Assembly: GCA_017516825.1 (NCBI GenBank)
Contig: JAFXBC010000025.1
Span: 1,328-65,327, forward strand
Source of the DNA: Clostridia bacterium
Lineage (GTDB): Bacteria > Bacillota > Clostridia > Oscillospirales > CAG-382
Length of the DNA: 64,000 nucleotides
Reading direction: 5' to 3'
Made by a program: the position numbers and the translations under genes. Below the pieces are notes generated by a model. That model ran no database searches. It was not told the DNA's origin and was given only the letters and a program-made list of their open reading frames with translations. Positions 9,981 to 18,717 of the stretch are shown one piece after another (position 1 is the stretch's first letter; every line of letters starts with the position of its first letter).

Positions 9981-10142
9981 CCCTCCCCACCATATAATTA
10001 AAAATGCTCGCTGCCCGAATTCATTTCGGGCAAAAGACACCGATCAAGGTTTTTCTCGCCCCGCAAGGGATCAGCGAGAAAAATCCGCGCATTCTTTTTG
10101 CGCGAACCCCGTAGGGGCTCACACCGCGCGGAAGCGGTGTGG

Positions 10143-10173
10143 AAAAAGACACCCCGAAACCGAGGTTTCGGGG
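10143..10173 (-). terminator. fba terminator (proximal copy)
   Basis: On the minus strand, perfect 9-bp stem CCCCGAAAC/GTTTCGGGG with loop CTCG, then TGTCTTTTT, starting 18 nt after the fba stop codon. Confidence 0.8.
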
Positions 10174-10190
10174 TGAGAGCGAAGCGATAC

Positions 10191-11129
10191 TTATGCCTTG
10201 CCGTTGCAGCCGAGCACGTTGACCAGCTTGTGACGAACCAGCTCTTTGATGTTAGCGCGAGCGGGCTTCAGATATTCTCTGGGGTCGAACTTGTCGGGAT
10301 GCTCGTTGAAGAACTTACGGATGGTACCGGTCATAGCCAGACGGAGGTCAGAGTCGATGTTGATCTTACAAACAGCGGATCTGGAAGCCTCGCGGAGCTG
10401 CTCTTCGGGAACGCCGATAGCGCCGGGCATTGCGCCGCCGTTCTCGTTGATCATCTGCACGTAGTTCTGGGGAACGGAGGAAGAACCGTGGAGAACGATG
10501 GGGAAGCCGGGGAGCTTCTTCTCGCACTCGTGGAGTACGTCGAATCTCAGCTGGGGCTTGGTACCGGGCTTGAACTTGTAAGCGCCGTGAGAAGTACCGA
10601 TAGCGATTGCCAGAGAGTCGCATCCGGTTCTGGAAACGAATTCCTCAACCTCTTCGGGTCTGGTGTAGGAAGCCGCGCCTGCGTCAACCTTAACTTCGTC
10701 CTCGATACCTGCCAGGGTACCCAGCTCAGCCTCAACCACAACGCCGTGAGCGTGAGCGTATTCAACTACCTTCTTGGTGATCTCGATGTTCTCTTCAAAG
10801 GGCTTGGAGGAAGCGTCGATCATAACGGAGGTGAAGCCGCCGTCGATGCAAGCCTTACAGGTCTCGAAGTCGGGACCGTGATCCAGGTGAAGAACAACGG
10901 GGATCTCGGGGCATTCCAGAACTGCAGCCTCAACCAGCTTAACCAGATAGGTGTGGTTAGCGTAAGCGCGTGCGCCCTTGGAAACCTGGAGGATGACGGG
11001 AGCCATCTCTTCCTTGCAAGCCTCGGTGATCGCCTGAACGATCTCCATGTTGTTTACGTTGAAAGCACCGATAGCGTAACCGCCGGCGTATGCCTTCTTA
11101 AACATCTCGGTAGAATTGACAAGTGCCAT
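10191..11129 (-). CDS. fba: Class II fructose-1,6-bisphosphate aldolase
   Basis: AAAGGAGA RBS plus ATG 11129. MALVNSTEMFKKAYAGGYAIGAFNVNN, LHLDHG and SVMIDAS motifs. Confidence 0.95.
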   Translation of the reverse strand: MALVNSTEMFKKAYAGGYAIGAFNVNNMEIVQAITEACKEEMAPVILQVSKGARAYANHTYLVKLVEAAVLECPEIPVVLHLDHGPDFETCKACIDGGFTSVMIDASSKPFEENIEITKKVVEYAHAHGVVVEAELGTLAGIEDEVKVDAGAASYTRPEEVEEFVSRTGCDSLAIAIGTSHGAYKFKPGTKPQLRFDVLHECEKKLPGFPIVLHGSSSVPQNYVQMINENGGAMPGAIGVPEEQLREASRSAVCKINIDSDLRLAMTGTIRKFFNEHPDKFDPREYLKPARANIKELVRHKLVNVLGCNGKA

Positions 11130-11218
11130 AATGTTTGAATCTCCTTTAATAAAATCGCTTTTTAATCCGTATAAGAGTTTACTCCAAAACGCGTGAAATG
11201 TCAATAGTTTTTGACAAA

Positions 11219-12523
11219 TTATTCTTCGGATTCCGTTTCAATATATTCCGCGAAGCAATAGCCTTCGTGCCACATCCCGGAGGCAACGTCGTAACGGACG
11301 AAGTACCAGAGATCACCGTTTTCATCGGTGGCAGAATCCAAAATCTCCACGTGGGTGTTCTCGGGAATGGTGGCGATGATGTTGGAATTGTCGGTGGTAT
11401 CGGGGGATTTACGCATACGGAGACGGGTGGTGGTGCGGGGGAGCTCTGCAGGGGTGTCGTCCACGGATTCCTCGCTCTCGGAGGATTCTTCCGGCTGGGA
11501 GGATTCCTCAGGCTCGGAGGGCTCCTCATCCTGGGAGGATTCTTCCGGTTCGGAGGATGCCTCAACTTCGGAGGATTCCTCCGTCACGGATCCTTCCTCG
11601 GAGCTTTCACCGGGGAGGGAAAGGGTGCTTTCCGTCTGGGATGCGGGGTCGGAGCTTTCCTCACCGGGGGAGGTGGAGAACCAATAGATCACGTAGACCA
11701 GGCCGCACACCAGCATCAACGCCAGCAGGATATACAGCAGGGAAGTAACCTTTTTGGAGATGGTCACAGGCTTTTCCTCGGGTGCGGACTCGTAGGCGGC
11801 GGGAAGCTCTTCTTCCACAGCCTGCAAAGCGGCTGTTACCCGCTGATCCAGCTCGGCAGGCGGATTACAGTTTCTGCCGCAGGTACGTAACAGTCTGCCC
11901 AGGTGAGGACGCAACAACTCACCGAAGCCGGGAGCAGTCTCCTCCATACCGGCGATCAACGCCTCGTTGGCGTAATAGATACGGCATTTTGCGGTGGCAA
12001 CGGAGCAGCCTGCCACGGAAGCCACCTCCTCCGGAGAGAAGGAGGCGTAATCGTAGAGCATCACGCAAAGTCTGTCACTGTCGGGAAGCTTGCCCACCAG
12101 CTTGGTCACAGCCTCCAGATCCGCACGGCGGATGGTGGGCTCGGGGGTGGGAAGCTTGTTATCGGCCAGCATCTGCTCAAAGGCAGAGGTGTCGGGGTCT
12201 TCCACGGGCTCAATGTTGGCAGAGCCGCCCCGCAGGCTTGCCAGAGCGATTTTGGCAAAATAGAAGGCGTTGCCGCAGATCCAATGGTAGAAGGTCTGCT
12301 CTGCGGGAAGCTGGCGGATGTTCCGTCTTGCGTATACGAAGGTGTCCTCCGTTACGTCCAAAGCGACGTCGCTGTCGCCTACCAAGGCCAGGCAGAAATA
12401 ATAGATCCGCTTACCGTAAGCGGTGTAAAGAGAACCGAACGCGGCAGAATCGCCCTTCTTGGCATCCGCCGTAAGTTTTGCAATGCGTTCCGTTTCTGTC
12501 ATGTTTGCGTCCATCCTTTCCAT
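11219..12523 (-). CDS. ECF-type sigma-70 factor fused to TM helix, Glu/Ser-rich linker and SH3-like ectodomain
   Basis: Region 2 is ALDVTEDTFVYARRNI. Region 4 is LPDSDRLCVMLYDYASFSPEEVASVAGCSVATAKCRIYYA. TM helix is LLYILLALMLVCGLVYVIYWF. The C-terminus has an SH3b-like WYFVRYD...GYCFAEYI segment. An alternative start at ATG 12502 has a better RBS. Confidence 0.8.
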   Translation of the reverse strand: MERMDANMTETERIAKLTADAKKGDSAAFGSLYTAYGKRIYYFCLALVGDSDVALDVTEDTFVYARRNIRQLPAEQTFYHWICGNAFYFAKIALASLRGGSANIEPVEDPDTSAFEQMLADNKLPTPEPTIRRADLEAVTKLVGKLPDSDRLCVMLYDYASFSPEEVASVAGCSVATAKCRIYYANEALIAGMEETAPGFGELLRPHLGRLLRTCGRNCNPPAELDQRVTAALQAVEEELPAAYESAPEEKPVTISKKVTSLLYILLALMLVCGLVYVIYWFSTSPGEESSDPASQTESTLSLPGESSEEGSVTEESSEVEASSEPEESSQDEEPSEPEESSQPEESSESEESVDDTPAELPRTTTRLRMRKSPDTTDNSNIIATIPENTHVEILDSATDENGDLWYFVRYDVASGMWHEGYCFAEYIETESEE

Positions 12524-12715
12524 ATTTTAAGTAAGGTGATTTTTTCTTCCGTATTTTATTATACCTATTTTCCCGCCTCTGTCAAGGAGAATGGATAGAA
12601 AGTTTTGTGAACAAATGGGGAATTTTCCCGTCCTTGCACCCGGGGAGGGATGGGTGAGGCAGAAAAAACGTAAAAGGTAGTGGTTTCGCCAAACAAACTC
12701 CACAAGATACGGTAG

Positions 12716-12744
12716 TTGACAAAATCCTATTTTTATGTTATAAT
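12716..12744 (+). promoter_or_regulatory. SigA-type promoter for the wall hydrolase gene
   Basis: TTGACA (12716-12721), 17-nt spacer, TGtTATAAT (12736-12744). Confidence 0.7.
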
Positions 12745-12806
12745 ACCTGCGTATGTCTCCGGGGTGAGACAGTTTTGCTTCTTTTTACTACGATGGAGGT
12801 TGGCTC

Positions 12807-15167
12807 ATGAATCCGAACAAAAAGCACGGAAAGCACTTGCTCAAGCGGTGTCTGTCGTTGATGCTTGCTCTGCTTGTTTTGTCCACCGTGCCGGTGATCC
12901 CCTCTACCACCGTTTCCGCGGGGGTAAAGGAAAATATCGCCAAGCTGAACGAGTGGCAGCAGATCTATATGCGGGTCATCAGCTGCCTGGCATTGAAGGA
13001 TTCCTACGAATCCGGGATCTTCCCCTCCCTGACGGCAGGGCAGGCCATTTACGAAAGCGGCTGGGCCCGTTACGGTCTTTCCGTGGTGGCCCATAACCAG
13101 TACGGTATCAAGGCCTATTCCAGCTGGGACGGTAAGGTCATCGACTATAAGCAATACGTGATCTACGACAGCTACGAGGATCTGGTGCGGATCAAGGGCG
13201 CCTCTTACGCCCGTCACGGCAGTATCTGGCGCGCCTACGACAGCTGGGACGAGAGCATCGCGGACCATTCCGCACTGCTTTCCACGGAACGCTACGAGGG
13301 CGTTCGTAAGGCAAGAAACTACAAAAAAGCCATCCAGGCCATGATCGACGCGGGGTATTCCTCCAACGAAGATTACGTGGATAAGCTGGTAGATATCATC
13401 AAGACCTACGGATTGGACGCTCTGGACGACGTGGAGATCGACGAAAACGGGGTTTTCGGCTTGATCATGAACCAGTCCAAGGTTGCCATTCCGGTAAACG
13501 GAACTCTCGGCCTCACCGCCACCACCTATCCCGAGGTGGTGAACGTGGACGTGGAATGGAAGTCCAGCAACCCCAAGGTGGCCAAGGTGGACGATCAGGG
13601 CAACGTTACCGCGCTGAAGCAGGGCGTGGCGTTGATCACCGCTACTTATAACGGTAAGGAAGCCGCCTGTGCGGTTTGCGTGGGCACCAACGGCTTCGTC
13701 TTTGACGACGACGTGGCCATCCGTTCCGCCCCCGACAGGGATTCCAACTCCCTGGGCAAGGTATACCGCGGTATGCCCATCGCCGTGGTGGACGGCAAGC
13801 TGTACAAATCCTCTGACGGCACCAAGTATTACCGCGTTCGCGCCAACTGTACCAACGGCAAGATCGTTGAGGGCTACGCCGTGGCGGAATGCGTCTACCT
13901 GAACACCCGCGAGGTATCCGTGCTTTCCACGAAGCAGGAATTGAACCTGAACGTGAACGTGGAGTACGAGATCAACGTGGAGATCGCCCCTGCGGACGCC
14001 ATTGATAAGACCCTGGAATGGAGCTCCTCCGACGAATCCATCGTCAGCGTAGACCAGGAGGGATGGATCACCACCCACCAGCCCGGTACGGCTACCATCC
14101 GCATCACCGCCGTCAACGGCATTTATCTGGACGTTGTGGTACACGTGGGCGGCACGGTGAACTATAAGGGTATCACCACCGCAAACCTGTACGTCCGCTC
14201 CAGTCCCGATTCCGGTGCGGCTACCCTGGGTTTGGTTGCCGAGGGTACCGAGATCACCCTGATCGGCGAGCCTGTGAACGGCTGGTATCACGTGGAAGCG
14301 AAGCTGATCAACGGTACCGTGGCGGAAGGCTATTGCTACGAAACCTATATCGAATTGGATTCCAACAGAAACCCCGAGATAGGCCCCTCCCAGCGTGAGC
14401 GCGAGGGCTACATCGCCGTGAATTCCGGCTCATCCCTGAACCTGCGGGCGACCGCAGGCACGGGCGGAAAGAAGCTGATCTCCGTGGACAACGGTACCAC
14501 GGTGCTGATCATCGGGGAAGATATCATCCTCAGCAACGAAAGTACCTACAAGACCTGGTATTACGTCCATCTGTATCTGGACGGCGCCTTCTACGACGGC
14601 TACGTTGCCGCAGACTTTATTAAGATCACCGAGGACAGGCCTCCCGTAGAGGAGCCCGAGGATCCCGAGGAACCGGAGGATCCCTGGGAAGATCCCGGCA
14701 ATAATAACCCCGGCTTCACTCCCATTCCTCCCATCGATCTGCCCAATCCCAACGAGATCCCCGGCTATATTCCCGAGGATTACATCCTTACCGATACGGT
14801 GATCCGCGGCATCAGCCCCGAAACCACCGTGGCTCAGTTGAAGGAGAAGGCAGGCCCTCTGGTGGACGTGTACGATTGTGAGGGTAATCTGATGGCGGAC
14901 GATGCAGAGGTTGCCACCGGTTGCGTGGCCCGCTACGTCATCGGTACCACCGTGATTCGCAGCTTGACGGTGATCGTGCGAGGCGACTTGAATGCCGACG
15001 GCAGAGTCAACTCCGTGGACTATATGATGCTGAAGCGTTACGCCATGCATACCTACGACCTGGATGAAAACGGCGTTTACGCCGCTATGCTCACCGAGAA
15101 GGACGAGCCCACCGCCGTGGACTACATCATGCTGAAGCGTTACGTGCTTGGCAAATTCAAACTGTAA
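12807..15167 (+). CDS. Secreted peptidoglycan hydrolase: glucosaminidase + Big_2 x2 + SH3 x3 + dockerin
   Basis: Signal peptide. Glucosaminidase-like GQAIYESGWARY...YGIKAY. Big_2-like VEWKSSNPKVAKVDDQGNVTALKQG and LEWSSSDESIVSVDQEG. SH3-like repeats. C-terminal dockerin pair GDLNADGRVNSVDYMMLKRY / AVDYIMLKRYVLG. Confidence 0.85.
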   Translation: MNPNKKHGKHLLKRCLSLMLALLVLSTVPVIPSTTVSAGVKENIAKLNEWQQIYMRVISCLALKDSYESGIFPSLTAGQAIYESGWARYGLSVVAHNQYGIKAYSSWDGKVIDYKQYVIYDSYEDLVRIKGASYARHGSIWRAYDSWDESIADHSALLSTERYEGVRKARNYKKAIQAMIDAGYSSNEDYVDKLVDIIKTYGLDALDDVEIDENGVFGLIMNQSKVAIPVNGTLGLTATTYPEVVNVDVEWKSSNPKVAKVDDQGNVTALKQGVALITATYNGKEAACAVCVGTNGFVFDDDVAIRSAPDRDSNSLGKVYRGMPIAVVDGKLYKSSDGTKYYRVRANCTNGKIVEGYAVAECVYLNTREVSVLSTKQELNLNVNVEYEINVEIAPADAIDKTLEWSSSDESIVSVDQEGWITTHQPGTATIRITAVNGIYLDVVVHVGGTVNYKGITTANLYVRSSPDSGAATLGLVAEGTEITLIGEPVNGWYHVEAKLINGTVAEGYCYETYIELDSNRNPEIGPSQREREGYIAVNSGSSLNLRATAGTGGKKLISVDNGTTVLIIGEDIILSNESTYKTWYYVHLYLDGAFYDGYVAADFIKITEDRPPVEEPEDPEEPEDPWEDPGNNNPGFTPIPPIDLPNPNEIPGYIPEDYILTDTVIRGISPETTVAQLKEKAGPLVDVYDCEGNLMADDAEVATGCVARYVIGTTVIRSLTVIVRGDLNADGRVNSVDYMMLKRYAMHTYDLDENGVYAAMLTEKDEPTAVDYIMLKRYVLGKFKL

Positions 15168-15171
15168 AAGC

Positions 15172-15208
15172 AAAAGATCCGAGCTTCGAAAGACTCGGAT
15201 CTTTTTTA
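15172..15208. terminator. Bidirectional terminator between convergent genes
   Basis: AAAGATCCGAG / CTCGGATCTTT stem followed by TTTT. Confidence 0.8.
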
Positions 15209-16216
15209 TTGCTTGTTCGGTTCTTTACGGGAACAACCCGCTCTGCCGCCGCCGGCACAGGCGCAAGCACAGGCGCAGGCACACCCTCTGCCGCCGCCTC
15301 CGCGGCTGTTTTGGGCATCGCGGTAAGCGCGGTAACGGGGATTTACCCGCCCGTAATGATGTACGTGATAGCCTCCGCTTCGGATAAAGCCCCGCCCTCG
15401 GTGATAGGAAACGTAGCTATCCACAATGTAGACCTCCGCAATGATCAGCAAAGCGGCAAAGAGGATCGCCATGATCCGTGTCCCCCACAGGGTATTCTGC
15501 AACTCGTTATAGGCATCATCGTCGTCAAAGGGGTAGAATTCCACCGTTTCGGCGGTGGGGAAGGACCCTTCCCGATAGTGAACCTCTATGGGAACGTACT
15601 CGCCGCAGTCCAAAGAGCCCTGCCAGGTATGCCAGCGGGTGTCGTTGTTCTGGGCGTTGGAGGCGGTGATGTCCGGTGAGACCTTCCAACGGAAAGTGTA
15701 CTGCTCCACGGGGGTGGCGTTAAACCAGCCGGGAACAAAGTAGAAATATCGTTCCTTGCCCTCGCCGTGCAACAGATCCCGCTGATTGATCTTAAAGGAG
15801 AACTGCACCTTGTCCCCGCTGGTATAAGCCCGGGGAAAGTCCATACGGACGTAGCAGTAGCCGTCGTAAACGTCACGGGTGGCGGTGCCGCCTCTTGCGG
15901 AATTGGCGTACAGGGAGAAATTGCTGTTGGCGATACCGATCTCCACCCAGGTGAGAGGTTCTTCCTCATCCAGCGCCGTCCATACGAACTCGTAGGTAAT
16001 ATCCAAAGAGCCGTTTTCCAAGGGCTCCACAGTCACGGTGTAGGAATCGATCTCATCCTGAGGCGCGGGGGCTTTTGCAAAGATGGCAAGGCAGATCAGA
16101 ACGATCTGCGCCGCAATGCAAAGCACCAAAAGAAAGGTCTTCAAAGCGGGGAAGGTGCGGTGCTTGCGGATATATTCCGGGGAGAACTTGTCCTCCGCCG
16201 TCTTTTTCTTAGCCAT
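15206..16216 (-). CDS. DUF2207-like membrane protein with Gly/Cys-Ala repeat C-terminal tail
   Basis: N-terminal TM, beta-rich ectodomain, second TM, then tail GGGGRGCACACACACAGGGRAGCS. Its start overlaps the radical SAM gene end by 8 nt. Confidence 0.75.
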   Translation of the reverse strand: MAKKKTAEDKFSPEYIRKHRTFPALKTFLLVLCIAAQIVLICLAIFAKAPAPQDEIDSYTVTVEPLENGSLDITYEFVWTALDEEEPLTWVEIGIANSNFSLYANSARGGTATRDVYDGYCYVRMDFPRAYTSGDKVQFSFKINQRDLLHGEGKERYFYFVPGWFNATPVEQYTFRWKVSPDITASNAQNNDTRWHTWQGSLDCGEYVPIEVHYREGSFPTAETVEFYPFDDDDAYNELQNTLWGTRIMAILFAALLIIAEVYIVDSYVSYHRGRGFIRSGGYHVHHYGRVNPRYRAYRDAQNSRGGGGRGCACACACACAGGGRAGCSRKEPNKQ

Positions 16217-17582
16217 GGCGTGCCTCCTTTCGGAAGGGGCAGACTTCTGCCTCTTTTTCCGTCATCCCGCGGAGCTTTTTGCACACAGGGCGGTTCCAGA
16301 CGGTTTTCCAATCCTCGGTAAGCAGGTTGCCCAGACCGCTGTCCGCCTTTAGCCAGCTTTGGCAGGGGATCACCGTGCCGTCGGGAGCTATTGCCATGTT
16401 GGAAAGGCAAGCCCCGCAGATGGGAACGTGAAGCCCCAAGGCCTCCAGCTTTTCTCTCTCAATCAGCCCGGGGGAGGTGAAGTCCATCTCCATGCCGTGG
16501 GCGTCGCAGAAGGCTTTTGCCTTTTCCACAATGGCAAAAAGATCTTCCTCGGTGAGCTGTCTTTCCCTGGTTTCCACAGCGCTCCCCGTAAGGATCAGCC
16601 CGCTGAGGGTCACAAACCGCACCCCCAATTCCTTTAAGAAGGAAAGGGTGTTTTCGTAGTCTTGGTTGGCGTGGCAAAGGGGCGTGTTCACACTGACGTC
16701 CAACCCCGCCGCCAGGGCGTTGCGGATGCCCTGTACGGTGTCTGCAAAATGGGTACTGCCCACCAGACGGTTGTGGATGTCTTCGTCATGAGAATACAGG
16801 GTGATCTGCAGGCTGTCCAGACTTGCCTCCTTCAGTTTTTCACAAAGGGACCCGGAAAGCAGAACGCCGTTGGTGTTCACGCGGGTGACGAACCACTTGG
16901 CGTATTCCACCAGCTTCGGCAGATCCTCCCGCAGGGTTGGCTCCCCGCCGGTGAAGGTGACCATGGGCACATGGGATTCCCGCAGAATGTCCAGAATGCG
17001 CTTCCATTCTTGGGTGGAAAGCTCAGGTCTTGCCCCCATGGGCTCTTTTTCCGCATAGCAGAACAGACAGTTTTGGTTGCAACGTCGGTTTCCCTTGTCG
17101 TCGGCCATGGCGGAGATCATCAGATCCATTCTGTGGGGTGCGGACATATGCTTGGCGTATGCCTGCAGGGAAAGGGTTTCGATCATCGCTTCCGTTTTCT
17201 CTCCCCGCGCCACGGCGAACAACACGTTCAGCATTTCCTGCAGGTCATCCTCCAAAACCGCCTTGTCTGCCGAAGGGTAGACTTTCTTCGTTTTGGCAAT
17301 GGTTTGGATGAAGATTTGCTCTTCGTCTGCGGGGGCGATCTCTTTGCCGTCAAAGGCGTTGACCTCGTCCATGAAATGGGAAAGCATCACCGCCCAGGAA
17401 TAGCCTAAGGGCAACAGGTAATACCCGTTCAAGATCACGATATGGCTTGGGTTGCCGAACAGGGAGAACTTGGGCGGGATCAGATGGATCCGCACCACTC
17501 CCGGCCCCATGGGGTCAAAGGTGCAGTGCTTTACGCCCTTTTTCCATTCCCGCCTTTGGGCAAGCTTGTTTTTGAAGCTCAT
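16209..17582 (-). CDS. Radical SAM / SPASM-domain protein with ~160-aa N-terminal extension
   Basis: CNQNCLFCY (CX3CX2C). C-terminal Cys cluster CGACLSNMAIAPDGTVIPCQSW...VCPF. Starts 3 nt after the prfA stop codon. Confidence 0.9.
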   Translation of the reverse strand: MSFKNKLAQRREWKKGVKHCTFDPMGPGVVRIHLIPPKFSLFGNPSHIVILNGYYLLPLGYSWAVMLSHFMDEVNAFDGKEIAPADEEQIFIQTIAKTKKVYPSADKAVLEDDLQEMLNVLFAVARGEKTEAMIETLSLQAYAKHMSAPHRMDLMISAMADDKGNRRCNQNCLFCYAEKEPMGARPELSTQEWKRILDILRESHVPMVTFTGGEPTLREDLPKLVEYAKWFVTRVNTNGVLLSGSLCEKLKEASLDSLQITLYSHDEDIHNRLVGSTHFADTVQGIRNALAAGLDVSVNTPLCHANQDYENTLSFLKELGVRFVTLSGLILTGSAVETRERQLTEEDLFAIVEKAKAFCDAHGMEMDFTSPGLIEREKLEALGLHVPICGACLSNMAIAPDGTVIPCQSWLKADSGLGNLLTEDWKTVWNRPVCKKLRGMTEKEAEVCPFRKEARHG

Positions 17583-17585
17583 GGG

Positions 17586-18656
17586 TTATGCCTCCTCGTT
17601 GCCGGAAAGCTGTGCCGTGCGGTCTGCCATGGAGAGAGCCTGGATCATCTCCTCTAAGTTGCCGTTCAAGAAGCCGTTCAGGTCGTACAGGGAAAGTCCG
17701 ATACGGTGATCGGTGACTCTGCCCTGGGGGTAGTTGTAGGTGCGGATCCGCTCGGAACGATCCCCGGTGCCGATCTGACTGCGGCGCTTGGAGGATTGCG
17801 CCTCCTCCGCCTTCTGCTTCTCCATGGCGGCAAGGCGGGATTTCATGATCTCAATGGCCTTGGCCTTGTTCTGGAGCTGACTGCGCTGATCCTGGCAGTC
17901 CACCACCAACCCCGTGGGCTTGTGGATGATGCGGATGGCGGACTCCGTCTTGTTCACGTGCTGACCGCCTGCGCCGGAGCTTTTGTGGGTGGTGATCTCC
18001 AGATCCTCCATGTTCAGCTGGTAGTCCACCTCCTCCGCCTCGGGAAGCACGGCCACGGTGGCGGTAGAGGTCTGGATCCTGCCCTGGGACTCCGTTTCGG
18101 GAACTCTCTGCACACGGTGAACGCCGCTTTCGTATTTCAGCTTGGCGTAAGCCCCGGTGCCCTTGATGAGGAAGGAGACTTCCTTCATGCCCCCCAGCTC
18201 CGTCTCGTTGCAGTAGGCAAGCTCGAAGGCAAAGCGGTTGGCGTCGGCATACATATGGTACATACGGTAAAGCACGTAGGCGAACAGGCAGGCTTCCTCG
18301 CCCCCTGCCCCTGCGCGGATCTCCACCACCACGTTTTTGTCGTCGTCGGGATCCTTGGGCAACAAGAGCAGCTTCAGCTCCTCCTCCAATTTTTCCATGG
18401 CATCCGTGGCTTCCGCCGCCTGCAGCTCCGCCAGCTCCTTCAGCTCGGGATCGTTTTCCCCCAACAGAAGCTGTGCTTCCTCAAGGTCGGCGTTGGCTTT
18501 TTTATAGGCACCAAAGGCCTCCATGATGGGTGTCAGCTCTTTGTATTCCTTCATCAGTGCCTTGTAGCGCTCCATATCGGAGACCACGTTGGCATCGGAA
18601 AGGCCTGCTTCCACCTCTTGATATCTTTTTTCGATTTGGGTGAGTTTATCTGTCAT
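17586..18656 (-). CDS. prfA: Peptide chain release factor 1
   Basis: GAAGGAG RBS plus ATG 18656. RVPETESQGRIQTS (P-x-T) and GGQHVNKTESA (GGQ) motifs. Confidence 0.95.
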   Translation of the reverse strand: MTDKLTQIEKRYQEVEAGLSDANVVSDMERYKALMKEYKELTPIMEAFGAYKKANADLEEAQLLLGENDPELKELAELQAAEATDAMEKLEEELKLLLLPKDPDDDKNVVVEIRAGAGGEEACLFAYVLYRMYHMYADANRFAFELAYCNETELGGMKEVSFLIKGTGAYAKLKYESGVHRVQRVPETESQGRIQTSTATVAVLPEAEEVDYQLNMEDLEITTHKSSGAGGQHVNKTESAIRIIHKPTGLVVDCQDQRSQLQNKAKAIEIMKSRLAAMEKQKAEEAQSSKRRSQIGTGDRSERIRTYNYPQGRVTDHRIGLSLYDLNGFLNGNLEEMIQALSMADRTAQLSGNEEA

Positions 18657-18717
18657 AGTGAAACTCCTTCGTTCATACAATGAAACAAGAAAAAACTGCA
18701 AAGGAACGTTGTTGAAA

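Noticed and set aside
11440-11640. Imperfect ~18-nt tandem periodicity (GGAGGATTCYTCMGGYTSG..).
   Set aside because: It is not a satellite or CRISPR-like array. It is the coding sequence (minus strand) of the Glu/Ser/Pro acidic linker of the sigma-fusion protein. Similar EESS linkers occur in 27018..28121 and 33479..34519.
15236-15300. GC-rich GCACAG/GCC microrepeat.
   Set aside because: It was considered as an SSR/phase-variation tract or CRISPR fragment. It simply encodes the GGGGRGCACACACACAGGGR tail of 15206..16216. There are no spacers, and the units are too short and imperfect for a slippage tract.
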